From assembly GCA_038252945.1 (NCBI GenBank), contig JBBSHN010000004.1, positions 357-64,356 on the forward strand: a stretch of DNA of 64,000 nt. The letters are read 5' to 3'. The stretch is from Propionibacteriales bacterium (lineage in GTDB: Bacteria > Actinomycetota > Actinomycetes > Propionibacteriales > Nocardioidaceae). Made by a program: the position numbers and the translations under genes. Under the pieces are notes generated by a model that was not told the origin of the DNA, searched no databases, and was given only the letters and a program-made list of their open reading frames with translations. Every line of letters starts with the position of its first letter. Within the stretch, counting starts at the first letter, position 1. Positions 47,914 through 57,234 of the stretch are shown here, piece by piece.

Positions 47914-49365
47914 GTGCTTGAAGGACTCGTGGTGACCCACTCTCCCGCTGCTGACCAGCCGTACCACTATTCCCGCGTCGACCTCGTCGAGCCTGACTGG
48001 ACCCGGTTCTCGGGCTGGCGCGATGTCACGGCCGCGGACTGGGAGTCCGCGCAATGGCAACGTGCCCACTGCGTCAAGAACGCCAAGCAGCTGCGCACCG
48101 TTCTCGGCGATACGGTGGGCGAGAAGTTCTACGCCGACTTGGAGCGCGACCAGGCCGAGCGCGCGACCATGTCGATGCTTCTGCCGCCACAGATGCTCAA
48201 CACCATGATGTCGGGTCAGGCGCCCACCACCGAGGCGATGTACGCCGACCCCGTGCGTCGGTACATGCTGCCGGTGTTCTCCGACCGTCGTACCGACTGG
48301 CCAAGCCACCCATACGCGACCCGCGATAGTTTGCACGAGCACGACATGTGGGTAGCCGAGGGGCTCACCCACCGCTACCCCACCAAGGTGCTCGCGGAGT
48401 TGCTGTCCACCTGCCCGCAGTACTGCGGTCACTGCACCCGCATGGACCTGGTAGGCAACTCCACTGCGGTGATCGACAAGCTGAAGTTTGAGTTGAAGCC
48501 GGTCGACCGGCACGAGCAGATGCTCGACTACCTGCGCCGTAACCCAGGCGTACGCGACGTAGTGGTGTCCGGTGGTGATGTCGCCAATCTGCCCTGGCCG
48601 CGGCTCGAGGCGTTCGTCGGCGCTCTGCTCGACATCGAAAACGTCCGCGACATCCGCCTAGCGACGAAGGCCCTCATGGGCCTGCCGCAGCACTGGCTGC
48701 AGGACGAGGTCGTCGCCGGCATGACGCGGCTCGCAACCACAGCCAACGAGCGCGGAGTGTCGATCGCGATCCACACTCACATCAACGCCGCGAACTCCGT
48801 CACTCCCCTAGTCGCCAAAGCGACCCGAGCCATGCTCGACACCGGCATCCGGGACGTGCGCAATCAGGGTGTGCTGATGGGCGGGGTCAACGACGACCCG
48901 CACGCTCTGCTCGACTTGTGCTTTGCGTTGCTCGACGGTGCCGGCATCATGCCGTACTACTTCTACATGTGCGACATGATCCCGTTCAGTGAGCACTGGC
49001 GGGTGTCGGTGGCTCGCGCGCAGGAGCTGCAGCATGCGATCTTGGGCTACCTGCCCGGATTCGCCACCCCCCGAATCGTGTGCGACGTGCCGTTCGTCGG
49101 CAAGCGCTGGGTGCACCAGTGGGAGTCCTACGACCGTGACCACGGCATCACGTACTGGACGAAGAATTACCGCACGTCGATCGAGGAGAGCGACCCGGAG
49201 GTGCTGAAGCGCTCGTACGAGTACTACGACCCGATTCACACCCTCCCGGACTCGGGCCAGCGGTGGTGGCTCGACCACGCCGGTGACACCCTTGCGGCCG
49301 CTGAGGTCGCAGCGTCGGCCTCCCGGGCTGCTGCTGAGTCACAAAAGTCCCTCGTCGTCGGCTAG
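47914..49365 (+). CDS. kamA: Lysine 2,3-aminomutase (KamA-family radical SAM)
   Basis: 'CPQYCGHCTR' is CX3CX2C. 'VVVSGGD', 'NQGVLMGGVND' and 'PYYFYMCD' are KamA patterns. The start may be GTG47929/47932, after GAAGGA. Confidence 0.88.
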   Translation: MLEGLVVTHSPAADQPYHYSRVDLVEPDWTRFSGWRDVTAADWESAQWQRAHCVKNAKQLRTVLGDTVGEKFYADLERDQAERATMSMLLPPQMLNTMMSGQAPTTEAMYADPVRRYMLPVFSDRRTDWPSHPYATRDSLHEHDMWVAEGLTHRYPTKVLAELLSTCPQYCGHCTRMDLVGNSTAVIDKLKFELKPVDRHEQMLDYLRRNPGVRDVVVSGGDVANLPWPRLEAFVGALLDIENVRDIRLATKALMGLPQHWLQDEVVAGMTRLATTANERGVSIAIHTHINAANSVTPLVAKATRAMLDTGIRDVRNQGVLMGGVNDDPHALLDLCFALLDGAGIMPYYFYMCDMIPFSEHWRVSVARAQELQHAILGYLPGFATPRIVCDVPFVGKRWVHQWESYDRDHGITYWTKNYRTSIEESDPEVLKRSYEYYDPIHTLPDSGQRWWLDHAGDTLAAAEVAASASRAAAESQKSLVVG

Positions 49366-49808
49366 AACGGCGGCGGTCGGTGCTCGTACGCCGTCGACAG
49401 CACAATCGTGGTCCGGGTGGCGACGTTGGCGCTGCTCCTGATCCGCGCGAGCAGTGCCTCTAGGTCGCTTGGTTCGGCGACTCTCACCTGCAAGATGTAG
49501 GCCTCGTCGCCCGCCACCGAGTGACAGGCTTCGATCTCGGGGATACTTTCGAGCCGCTCGGGTGAGTCGTCGGGCTGGGACGGATCAATCGGGCGGATGG
49601 AGATGAACGCGGTCAGCGGCAGCCCGATTGCCCGCGGATTGATCTCCGCCCGATAGCCGCAGATCACCCCCCGCTGCTCCAGCCGCTTGACCCGCTGATG
49701 CACCGCGGACGTCGACAAGCCCGTCTTGCGCCCAAGATCGGTGAACGACATCCGACCGTTCGCGCCCAGCAGAGCACAGATCATGCGATCGACCTCTTCA
49801 AGGTTCAT
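49362..49808 (-). CDS. Lrp/AsnC-family transcriptional regulator
   Basis: The HTH is 'MSFTDLGRKTGLSTSAVHQRVKRLEQRGVI', followed by a RAM domain. ATGA overlap with the upstream peptidase gene. Confidence 0.9.
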   Translation of the reverse strand: MNLEEVDRMICALLGANGRMSFTDLGRKTGLSTSAVHQRVKRLEQRGVICGYRAEINPRAIGLPLTAFISIRPIDPSQPDDSPERLESIPEIEACHSVAGDEAYILQVRVAEPSDLEALLARIRSSANVATRTTIVLSTAYEHRPPPF

Positions 49809-50953
49809 CCAGCCACCACGGTGAGCTCGCGGGGAGTCCTGTTGAGCCGCTCAGCGCCGTCGCTCGTCACAGCGACGATGTCCTCGATGCGGGCACCGTG
49901 GCGGTTCGGCAGGTAGATTCCCGGCTCGACCGAGAAAACCATGCCTGGCTCGAGTTCACAGTCGTTGCCTTCCACGATGTACGGCCTCTCGTGAGTGTCC
50001 AGGCCGATGCCGTGCCCGGCGCGATGGATGAAGCGGTCGCCGTACCCGGCGTCGCTGATCAGCCGGCGGCCGATCCGGTCGACGTACTCCGCGGAGACGC
50101 CCGGACGGACAGCATCGCATTGGGCTTGCTGAGCCTGCAGCAGCACGCCGTAGTAGCGGAGGAACTCGGCGTCTGGCTGACTCCCGACGACGTAGGTCCG
50201 TGTGCTGTCAGAGCAGTAGCCGCTCGGCATTGTGCCGCCGATGTCCACGACAATGGGGTCGCCGTTGTCGAGCAAGCGGTCGGAGATGCTGTGGTGCGGA
50301 GACGCGCCGTTTGGTCCCGACCCGACGATGACGAAGTCGACGCACGCGTGGCCCTCGGCGAGGATGGCGTTGCCCAGGTCGGCGGCCACCTCCCGCTCCG
50401 AGCGACCCACTTCGAGGAACTCCGTCATCCGGTCGTGCACTCGGTCGATGGCTGCGGCGGCTCGACGCAGCGCTCCGAGCTCGTCCGGCCCCTTGCGAAG
50501 CCGGAGGTCCGACAACAGTGACCCCGCTGGTTGAAAGTCAGCGTGCGGCAGCGCTCCATGCAGGGAAAACAGGTGCAAAGCGGGCGTCCAGTCGCTCACA
50601 GCGAGCCGCTGAGCACCTCGCACGCTCCGCAAAGCCATCCCATAGGCATCTTCGGTCTCTGCATGCGCCTCGAGCCGGATACCTGCCCGTGCGCCGGGTG
50701 AGCGTTCGGCCTCCGCCTGCTCGAGCCTCGGGACGACGAGCACCGGCTCGCCGTCCGCCGGGACCACTAGCGCAGTCAGCCGCTCCAGCGGCAAGGCGTC
50801 ATACCCGGTGAGATAGCGCAGGTCCGCTCCCGGCGTCACCACTACCGCATCAACGCCCGCCGACTTCATTACCGCCTGGACGCGGCGGATCCGTGAGCCG
50901 AGGTCCGTCTCCACCCGCTCCGCGTCGCAGGTCACCGCCGCGTCGTAGGTCAC
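49805..50953 (-). CDS. M24-family Xaa-Pro aminopeptidase/dipeptidase
   Basis: The pita-bread metal-ligand pattern is 'VVDIGG', 'CSDSTRT', 'HRAGHGIGLDTHE', 'VFSVEPGIY' and 'ARIEDIV'. Confidence 0.85.
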   Translation of the reverse strand: MTYDAAVTCDAERVETDLGSRIRRVQAVMKSAGVDAVVVTPGADLRYLTGYDALPLERLTALVVPADGEPVLVVPRLEQAEAERSPGARAGIRLEAHAETEDAYGMALRSVRGAQRLAVSDWTPALHLFSLHGALPHADFQPAGSLLSDLRLRKGPDELGALRRAAAAIDRVHDRMTEFLEVGRSEREVAADLGNAILAEGHACVDFVIVGSGPNGASPHHSISDRLLDNGDPIVVDIGGTMPSGYCSDSTRTYVVGSQPDAEFLRYYGVLLQAQQAQCDAVRPGVSAEYVDRIGRRLISDAGYGDRFIHRAGHGIGLDTHERPYIVEGNDCELEPGMVFSVEPGIYLPNRHGARIEDIVAVTSDGAERLNRTPRELTVVAG

Positions 50954-51161
50954 GACAGCACTCTAGTTGCGCTCCCTCTTCCGCCGACACGCCATGAAGG
51001 GCCTCCATTTACCGGTGTGGCGGCTGCCAATTGACGCTACCCGCGCTACATCCCAATCCTCGCTCCCCCACGCGTGCGGACTCCGCTGCATGGATCGGCG
51101 AAGTTCTCGGCGACCGCGCTGGCAGCAGTCAGCATGTCGACTCTTGGGACACGCCGCTGGG

Positions 51162-51995
51162 TCACAGTCGAGAGTCCAAGGTGTCGACATTGGGGGCCAC
51201 CACCTTCAGAGCGTCCATGTCCCGTTCTGCGAACAGCCGGTGGTGCCACTCCTCGTCGAGGATTATCAGCAGGCATTCGCGCACCGGGTAGCTGATGGGC
51301 TGCGGCCATCCGGGCGCCTCGACCGGCTCGGTGTGGCGATCCAGTGACTTGTCCGTCAGGCCGTCGATCACCTCTCGCACGGTGGCCATCCGGTCGCGGC
51401 GAAGGTCGAGAACCTCGTCGAGTGACGGACGTACGTCTCGGTTGCGCGGCACCCCCGGCGTGTCAGGCATCTCGTCCCACGGCAGGTCTAGGGGATCCCA
51501 CGGCGACGGATCACCGAGGATCGCCCGCCGAATCCAAGCGTCGGTGGCGAACACTAGGTGGCGCAGCGTCTCGACGAACGACCATTCGCCATCCACCGAT
51601 TGATGCAGCAACTGCGGCTCGAGGCCACGGGCCCGTCGGACGGTGCCATCCCATAGCCGCTCGATGACGTCCCAGGCCTCCCGGAATCCGGTTGGATCGG
51701 TCGGCCGCATCTTGGCTCGGTCCGGGTAGCGCCGGTCAAGTTCCGCGTCGACCAGGGGCGCGATGTCGACCCCATTGATCGTCAGGTTCTCGATCTCGCC
51801 GTCGATCTCGACGCCGACTAGTTCGACGCCGCGCATCTTGGCACCGCTCATGTCGACGCCGCGGAACCGGGATTGAGCCAGGTCGACGGCCTGGAACCGC
51901 GCGCCTGTCAGGTCGACGCGTTCGAACCGGGCATCGGCCAGGACCACGCGCTCGAACTCGGAACCCGTCAGATCGTCATGGATGAAGTCGGCCAT
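51162..51995 (-). CDS. Pentapeptide-repeat domain fused to a DinB-family domain
   Basis: Track ORF trimmed to ATG51995. N-terminal pentapeptide repeats are 'DLTGSEFERVVLADARFERVDLTGARFQAVDLAQSRFRGVDMSGAKMRGVEL'. The C-terminal 'EWSFVETLRHLVFATDAWI...DEEWHH' is DinB-like. Confidence 0.7.
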   Translation of the reverse strand: MADFIHDDLTGSEFERVVLADARFERVDLTGARFQAVDLAQSRFRGVDMSGAKMRGVELVGVEIDGEIENLTINGVDIAPLVDAELDRRYPDRAKMRPTDPTGFREAWDVIERLWDGTVRRARGLEPQLLHQSVDGEWSFVETLRHLVFATDAWIRRAILGDPSPWDPLDLPWDEMPDTPGVPRNRDVRPSLDEVLDLRRDRMATVREVIDGLTDKSLDRHTEPVEAPGWPQPISYPVRECLLIILDEEWHHRLFAERDMDALKVVAPNVDTLDSRL

Positions 51996-52166
51996 GCCCA
52001 AACCGTAGCGGCGACCCGGGCGCCAAGCTGAACTGTCAGGCTGCTCGCCGCGCCGACCTCGGATCGCTCGAGCTCGTCGCATGCGCGATCATGGGCCGAT
52101 GCCGAAGTCAGCCGCACACGTCGACGAGTTACTACATCAACGAGCGACCGGCGACTGAGCCTGACG

Positions 52167-53099
52167 ATGTCCGCGCCTTCCAAGTGCCTGTTGCTCGACA
52201 CCGCCTCGCTGTACTTCCGGGCGTACTACGGAGTGCCGGACACCGTGCGGGCTCCAGACGGCACGCCGGTCAACGCCGTACGCGGCCTTCTCGACTTCAT
52301 TGCGCGGTTGGCGTCGACGTACCACCCCACGTCGCTCGTCTGCTGCTGGGACAACGACTGGCGTCCGCAGTGGCGGGTCGATCTGATCCCGAGCTATAAG
52401 GCGCACCGGGTGGTGCGGGAGGTTGACAACGGAGTCGACGTGGAGGAGGCACCCGACCCGCTGGCGACGCAGGTTCCGCTCATCCAGGAGGTCCTTGCGG
52501 CGCTCGGAATCGCGGTCGTCGGCGCGGAGGACTATGAAGCCGACGACGTCATTGGCACGCTCGCGGCAGGGGCCGCCAAGAGCTCCATCGACGTGGTGAC
52601 CGGCGACCGTGACCTGTTCCAGCTCGTCGACGACGCAGTGCCGGTACGCGTGCTCTACACAGCACGCGGCGTTGGGAACCTCGAGGTCCTCGACGAGGCT
52701 GCGGTCGTAAGCAAGTACGGGGTTCTTCCGCAGCAGTACGCCGACTTCGCCGTACTGCGCGGTGACGCCTCCGACGGTCTGCCCGGCGTCAAAGGAATCG
52801 GCGCCAAGACGGCGGCAGGTCTCCTCCGTCAGTACGGCGACCTGGGCAGCATTGTGGCGGCTGCTACCGACGAGACCAGCGGCCTGGGGTCAACGGTGCG
52901 CGGCAAGCTGCGGGCCGCAGCCGACTATCTCACGGTCGCGCCCACAGTGGTCGAGGTGGCGAGGGACGTGAAGCTTCCGCCGTTCGACGCCAAGCTGAAA
53001 CCTCCCGCCGACGACGGGTTGCAGGCGCGGGAGTTGGCCGAGCGCTGGGGGCTGAAGTCTCCAATCGACCGAGTACTAGCGGTGCTGCGCGAGCAGTAG
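52167..53099 (+). CDS. 5'-3' exonuclease (FEN/Pol I N-terminal-domain family)
   Basis: Contains 'LLLDTASLYFRAYYG', 'YEADDVIGTLA' and 'VTGDRDLFQLV', plus a helix-hairpin-helix 'GVKGIGAKTAAGLL'. Compare Rv2090. Confidence 0.9.
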   Translation: MSAPSKCLLLDTASLYFRAYYGVPDTVRAPDGTPVNAVRGLLDFIARLASTYHPTSLVCCWDNDWRPQWRVDLIPSYKAHRVVREVDNGVDVEEAPDPLATQVPLIQEVLAALGIAVVGAEDYEADDVIGTLAAGAAKSSIDVVTGDRDLFQLVDDAVPVRVLYTARGVGNLEVLDEAAVVSKYGVLPQQYADFAVLRGDASDGLPGVKGIGAKTAAGLLRQYGDLGSIVAAATDETSGLGSTVRGKLRAAADYLTVAPTVVEVARDVKLPPFDAKLKPPADDGLQARELAERWGLKSPIDRVLAVLREQ

Positions 53100-53149
53100 C
53101 GGTCACTTCGCGCGTAGCCGGTGCGCCGGCGCTGAGACGTCAACCTGCG

Positions 53150-53191
53150 GCCGACACTCCGACAAAAGCGGGCTTTTCGTGGCGTGTCGGC
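53150..53191. terminator. Two-tier hairpin between the convergent exonuclease and helY genes
   Basis: The outer perfect 8-bp stem is GCCGACAC (53150-53157) / GTGTCGGC (53184-53191). It encloses an inner AAAAG/CTTTT stem. Confidence 0.4.
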
Positions 53192-53207
53192 GAAAAGGGG
53201 GGAGGTG

Positions 53208-55970
53208 TCACGACGCGATGTCGGCGGAGTAGGCAACGACGCCGCGCCGCATCGACCGCACGACCTCGCGAGCAGTGCTGCGCAGAGCAGAGTCGCCGGC
53301 AGCGGAGGCGATCTGCTCGGTTACGTCGAGCACCTGCTTGACCCAGCGCACGAAGTCGCCGGGCGCGAGATCGGTCTCGTCGAGGACTTCTTCTAGGCTC
53401 GCGCCGCCGGCCCAGCGGTACGCCGCCTGCGCGAACCCGGGGTCTGGTTCTCGCAGAAAGCTCAGCCGGTGCCGCTGCTCGAGTGTGTCCAGGCGGCTCC
53501 AGATCCGCCTCATCTCCGCAAGCACTCGGGCCACGGCCCCGCCCGGAAGTTGTGGTGTCTGAAGCTCCGGCGTGCGCGACTCGAACGCCAACGCCGAGAG
53601 CACCGCCGCAAGTGCCGGCGCCTCCAAGCCCTCCCACACCGCAAGCCGCAAACATTCAGCGGCCACGAGGTCCAGTTCGCTGTAGATCTGCGCCAGCGTC
53701 GACCCGGCTTCGGTGACGGCGTTGGCTGCCAGATAGTCGAGGTCGCTGAGCACCTCGCACACGCGATCGAATTGCCGAGCGATGGTGTTCGTGCGCTGCT
53801 CGATACGGCGGCGCACAGCATCGGTCTCCCGCTCCAACTTGAGGAACCGTTCACCCCAACGGGCGTGGTCCTCACGCTTGTCGCAGCCATGACACGGATG
53901 AGAGCGGAGCTCGTGCCGAAGCCGACGCACGTCAGCATCCTCTCCCGCAGCGTGGCTCCGGTTGGAGCCACCGCTGCTGCGGGGGGATGCGCGTCCATGG
54001 TCGGAGTGCGGCGCCAAAGTGTCCAGGTCCCGCGTGCGCTCCCGCAACTGGGCGGCGAGCTCGCGCCGCTGCGCCGGCACACGCGGATTGAACGACTTCC
54101 CTATCCGCAGCCTGGTCAGCGGCTCGACCGGAGCGGGGAAGTCGACCATCGAAAGCCGCCGCGCTTGTCGATCCATCGTCACCACCAACGGCCGGGGGCC
54201 GTCTTGGGCCGAACGGACACCTGGGTCGATCACGACGGCGAACCCCGACCACTTACCGACCGGTACGTTGATCACGTCACCGACGCGGAGCCGCTCCAGC
54301 GAATCGACGGCCTCCTGCCGGCGGTCGGACCGCCACCTTTTCGCGACGGCGGCCTCACGGTCGGACAGCGCTCCCCGCAGCGCGGCGTACTCGGCGAAGT
54401 TCCCCCGATCACACGCCATCGCCTCGGCGTACCCGTCCAGCGCCTCCTCCGCCTTGCGCACCTGCCGGGCCAGGCCCACGACCGCTCGGTCGGCCTGAAA
54501 CTGGGCGAACGACGACTCCAGCAGCTCGCGCGCGCGTTCTCGCCCGAACTGGCGCACTAGATTGACAGCCATGTTGTACGACGGGCGAAACGACGACCGC
54601 AGCGGATACGTGCGGGTCGAGGCGAGACCGGCGACCGACCTCGGGTCGAACCCCGGCGCCCATAGCACGACTGCGTGACCTTCGACGTCGATGCCGCGGC
54701 GCCCCGCCCTTCCGGTGAGTTGGGTGTACTCCCCCGGTGTGATGTCGGCGTGCGTCTCACCGTTCCACTTCGACAGCTTCTCCAACACCACCGAGCGGGC
54801 CGGCATGTTGATGCCGAGCGCGAGCGTCTCCGTAGCGAAGACGACCTTGACGAGGCCACGCGTGAACAGCTCCTCGATGCACTCCTTGAACACCGGCAAC
54901 ATGCCAGCGTGATGAGCAGCGACCCCGTTCACCAAGCCCGCCAACCAGAGGGGATAGCCCAAGACGTCCAGGTCGTCGCCGGAAAGCCTCGACGCCCGCT
55001 CCTCGGCGTACACGGTGATCTCCCGCCGCTCCCTCGCGGTCGTGAGCCGGACGTTGGCGCTGAGGCACTGCTGCACGGCTGCGTCGCAGCCAGCGCGGCT
55101 GAAGATGAAGACGATCGAGGGCAGCAGCCCCTCGGCGTCAAGCCGGTCGATCACCTCCAGCCGGCTCGGAGGGCGGGTGCGCGTCCGGGGGAGGTAGTAG
55201 CTGCCGCGGCCAGAGCGAGCCGGATGCCGCGTGGGCCGCTGCCTGCGCCAGTCGTCGCGCGCGACCCGAGTCAGCTCCGGATTGACCCGAGCAGCGCTGT
55301 CGGCCCCTTCGGAGTCGGCGAACAAGTCGTAGAGCCGCGAGCCCACCATCACATGCTGAAAGAGCGGCACGGGTCGCCGCTCCTCCACGATCGTGTCGTT
55401 CGCTCCGCGTACGGTGCTCAGCCAGTCACCGAACTCCTCCGCGTTGGACACTGTCGCCGACAACGACACGACGGCCACCGAGTCCTGAAGGTGGATGATC
55501 ACCTCTTCCCACACGGCGCCGCGTGACCGGTCGGCGAGGTAGTGCACCTCGTCCATAACGACGTACCGCAAGCCGGTCAAAGCTCGCGATCGGGCGTAGA
55601 GCATGTTGCGAAGCACCTCGGTGGTCATCACCACGACCGGAGCGTTGCCATTGATCGAGTTGTCACCGGTCAGGAGTCCCACCCGCGCGGCGCCGTACCG
55701 GAGCGTGAGGTCAGCGAACTTCTGATTGGACAACGCCTTGATGGGGGTGGTGTAGAAGCACTTGCCGCCTTGCTCCAGCGCGAGGTGTACAGCGAACTCC
55801 CCCACCACGGTCTTGCCGGAGCCGGTCGGTGCGGCAACGAGGACGCCGTGGCCGGCCGCGAGCGATTCGCATGCCCGCAGCTGGAACTCGTCGAGACCGA
55901 AGTCATACATGGCGGTGAACCGCGCCAGCGAGCTCTCGGCACCGGCAGTGCTCACGACGGTGGACTCCAT
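53208..55970 (-). CDS. helY: Ski2-like DEAD/DEAH-box helicase HelY
   Basis: Walker A is 'AAPTGSGKTVV' and the DEVH box is 'VVMDEVHYL'. 'TETLALGINMPA' is present. 920 aa. Position upstream of tatC matches Rv2092c. Confidence 0.9.
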   Translation of the reverse strand: MESTVVSTAGAESSLARFTAMYDFGLDEFQLRACESLAAGHGVLVAAPTGSGKTVVGEFAVHLALEQGGKCFYTTPIKALSNQKFADLTLRYGAARVGLLTGDNSINGNAPVVVMTTEVLRNMLYARSRALTGLRYVVMDEVHYLADRSRGAVWEEVIIHLQDSVAVVSLSATVSNAEEFGDWLSTVRGANDTIVEERRPVPLFQHVMVGSRLYDLFADSEGADSAARVNPELTRVARDDWRRQRPTRHPARSGRGSYYLPRTRTRPPSRLEVIDRLDAEGLLPSIVFIFSRAGCDAAVQQCLSANVRLTTARERREITVYAEERASRLSGDDLDVLGYPLWLAGLVNGVAAHHAGMLPVFKECIEELFTRGLVKVVFATETLALGINMPARSVVLEKLSKWNGETHADITPGEYTQLTGRAGRRGIDVEGHAVVLWAPGFDPRSVAGLASTRTYPLRSSFRPSYNMAVNLVRQFGRERARELLESSFAQFQADRAVVGLARQVRKAEEALDGYAEAMACDRGNFAEYAALRGALSDREAAVAKRWRSDRRQEAVDSLERLRVGDVINVPVGKWSGFAVVIDPGVRSAQDGPRPLVVTMDRQARRLSMVDFPAPVEPLTRLRIGKSFNPRVPAQRRELAAQLRERTRDLDTLAPHSDHGRASPRSSGGSNRSHAAGEDADVRRLRHELRSHPCHGCDKREDHARWGERFLKLERETDAVRRRIEQRTNTIARQFDRVCEVLSDLDYLAANAVTEAGSTLAQIYSELDLVAAECLRLAVWEGLEAPALAAVLSALAFESRTPELQTPQLPGGAVARVLAEMRRIWSRLDTLEQRHRLSFLREPDPGFAQAAYRWAGGASLEEVLDETDLAPGDFVRWVKQVLDVTEQIASAAGDSALRSTAREVVRSMRRGVVAYSADIAS

Positions 55971-55973
55971 GAC

Positions 55974-56354
55974 TTACAGCGTCACGGCAACGGTGAAGTT
56001 GCTCTCCGGTGCACCCACGGCCTTTGCGACCCGACGCAGCGCTTCACAGGCGAGGTTGGCGTCGAACCGCGTACCGGGCACTGCGGCGGCCAACCGGCCA
56101 TCGACGTCCAGTAATGCGACCTCGCCGTAGTGCCACGACTGATGCGCCGCCGAACGCTGCGGCTCTGGGCATACCGGTTGTGGATGCGCTGCATCGACCG
56201 CAAGCAGATCCAGCTGCTGAGTGAGCTCTGGCCCAGCCGCCACCACGCCGGGAACGCTCGGGCTGAGCAGCAACGAGGACTCCGCGTGCCACCTGACCTC
56301 GTGCGTTCCGAGCCACTCCGGCAGATCGAAGGCATCCGCGATGCTGATCTTCAT
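55974..56354 (-). CDS. Hypothetical protein (co-oriented between tatC and helY)
   Basis: 126 aa. The stop lies 3 nt before the helY start. Codon bias is good. No family recognised. Confidence 0.55.
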   Translation of the reverse strand: MKISIADAFDLPEWLGTHEVRWHAESSLLLSPSVPGVVAAGPELTQQLDLLAVDAAHPQPVCPEPQRSAAHQSWHYGEVALLDVDGRLAAAVPGTRFDANLACEALRRVAKAVGAPESNFTVAVTL

Positions 56355-56374
56355 GACTCCGTCCCGACCCGGTG

Positions 56375-57217
56375 TTACGTCAGCGGCGACGCCTCGTCGT
56401 CTGCGTAGGCAGCGTAGTCGTCACCTCCGGCTCTCCGCCGGTCGACCACTCGTGCGATGACTTCGGAGATCAAGAACAAGCCGGTCATGGGAAGAGCGAG
56501 CAGCAGCATGGTGATGGGATCGGTCGAGGGCGTGGCGACCGCCGCGAAGACGAAGGTCCCGAAGACGATCCAGGAACGCCACCTGCTCAGCTGGGCGGCG
56601 CGCACGACTCCGGCCAAATTCAGCAAGACGACGAACAACGGAATCTCGAACGCCACCCCGAACACCAACAGGATCCGCAGCACGAAGCTGAGGTAGCCGG
56701 CCAGGTCCACCAGGCCGGTGACGTTGTGAGGAGTGAAGCCGATGAGGACTTGAAGTCCCTTCGGCAAGATGACGTACCCCAAGGCGATGCCGCTGAGAAA
56801 GAGTGGACCAGCGATCGCGACGAAGGCAAGGGTCCACTTCTTCTCGTGTCGGTGGAGCCCCGGCACGATGAAGGCCCACAGCTCGTACAGCCACACCGGG
56901 CACGAGAAAGCGATTCCAGCGACGAGGGCCACCTTGGCCTGCAGCATGAAGGGCGCGGCGACCCCGGTGATGACGGCCCGGGAGTCGATGCCCTGCTGCT
57001 TGGCAAGCGTGCGCACCACGGAGTCGTACGGCTGAAGCAGGAGGTCGGAAAGCCGGCCGTAGTAGATCCACCCCGCGACGAACCCCACCGCGATGGCAGC
57101 CATGGCGATGCCGAGCCGTGTGCGTAGCTCCCGCAAGTGGTCGGCCAACGGCATCCGGCCCTCGGGGCCAGCCGAAGGCCGGCTCCGGCCTTTGCCGGTG
57201 CGCGCAAGGATCGCCAT
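56375..57217 (-). CDS. tatC: Twin-arginine translocase subunit TatC
   Basis: 'PLADHLRELRTRL', six TM segments, 'FSCPVWLYELWAFIVPGL' and 'PSTDPITM'. Confidence 0.92.
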   Translation of the reverse strand: MAILARTGKGRSRPSAGPEGRMPLADHLRELRTRLGIAMAAIAVGFVAGWIYYGRLSDLLLQPYDSVVRTLAKQQGIDSRAVITGVAAPFMLQAKVALVAGIAFSCPVWLYELWAFIVPGLHRHEKKWTLAFVAIAGPLFLSGIALGYVILPKGLQVLIGFTPHNVTGLVDLAGYLSFVLRILLVFGVAFEIPLFVVLLNLAGVVRAAQLSRWRSWIVFGTFVFAAVATPSTDPITMLLLALPMTGLFLISEVIARVVDRRRAGGDDYAAYADDEASPLT

Positions 57218-57234
57218 GTCGACCGCCGGGACGG

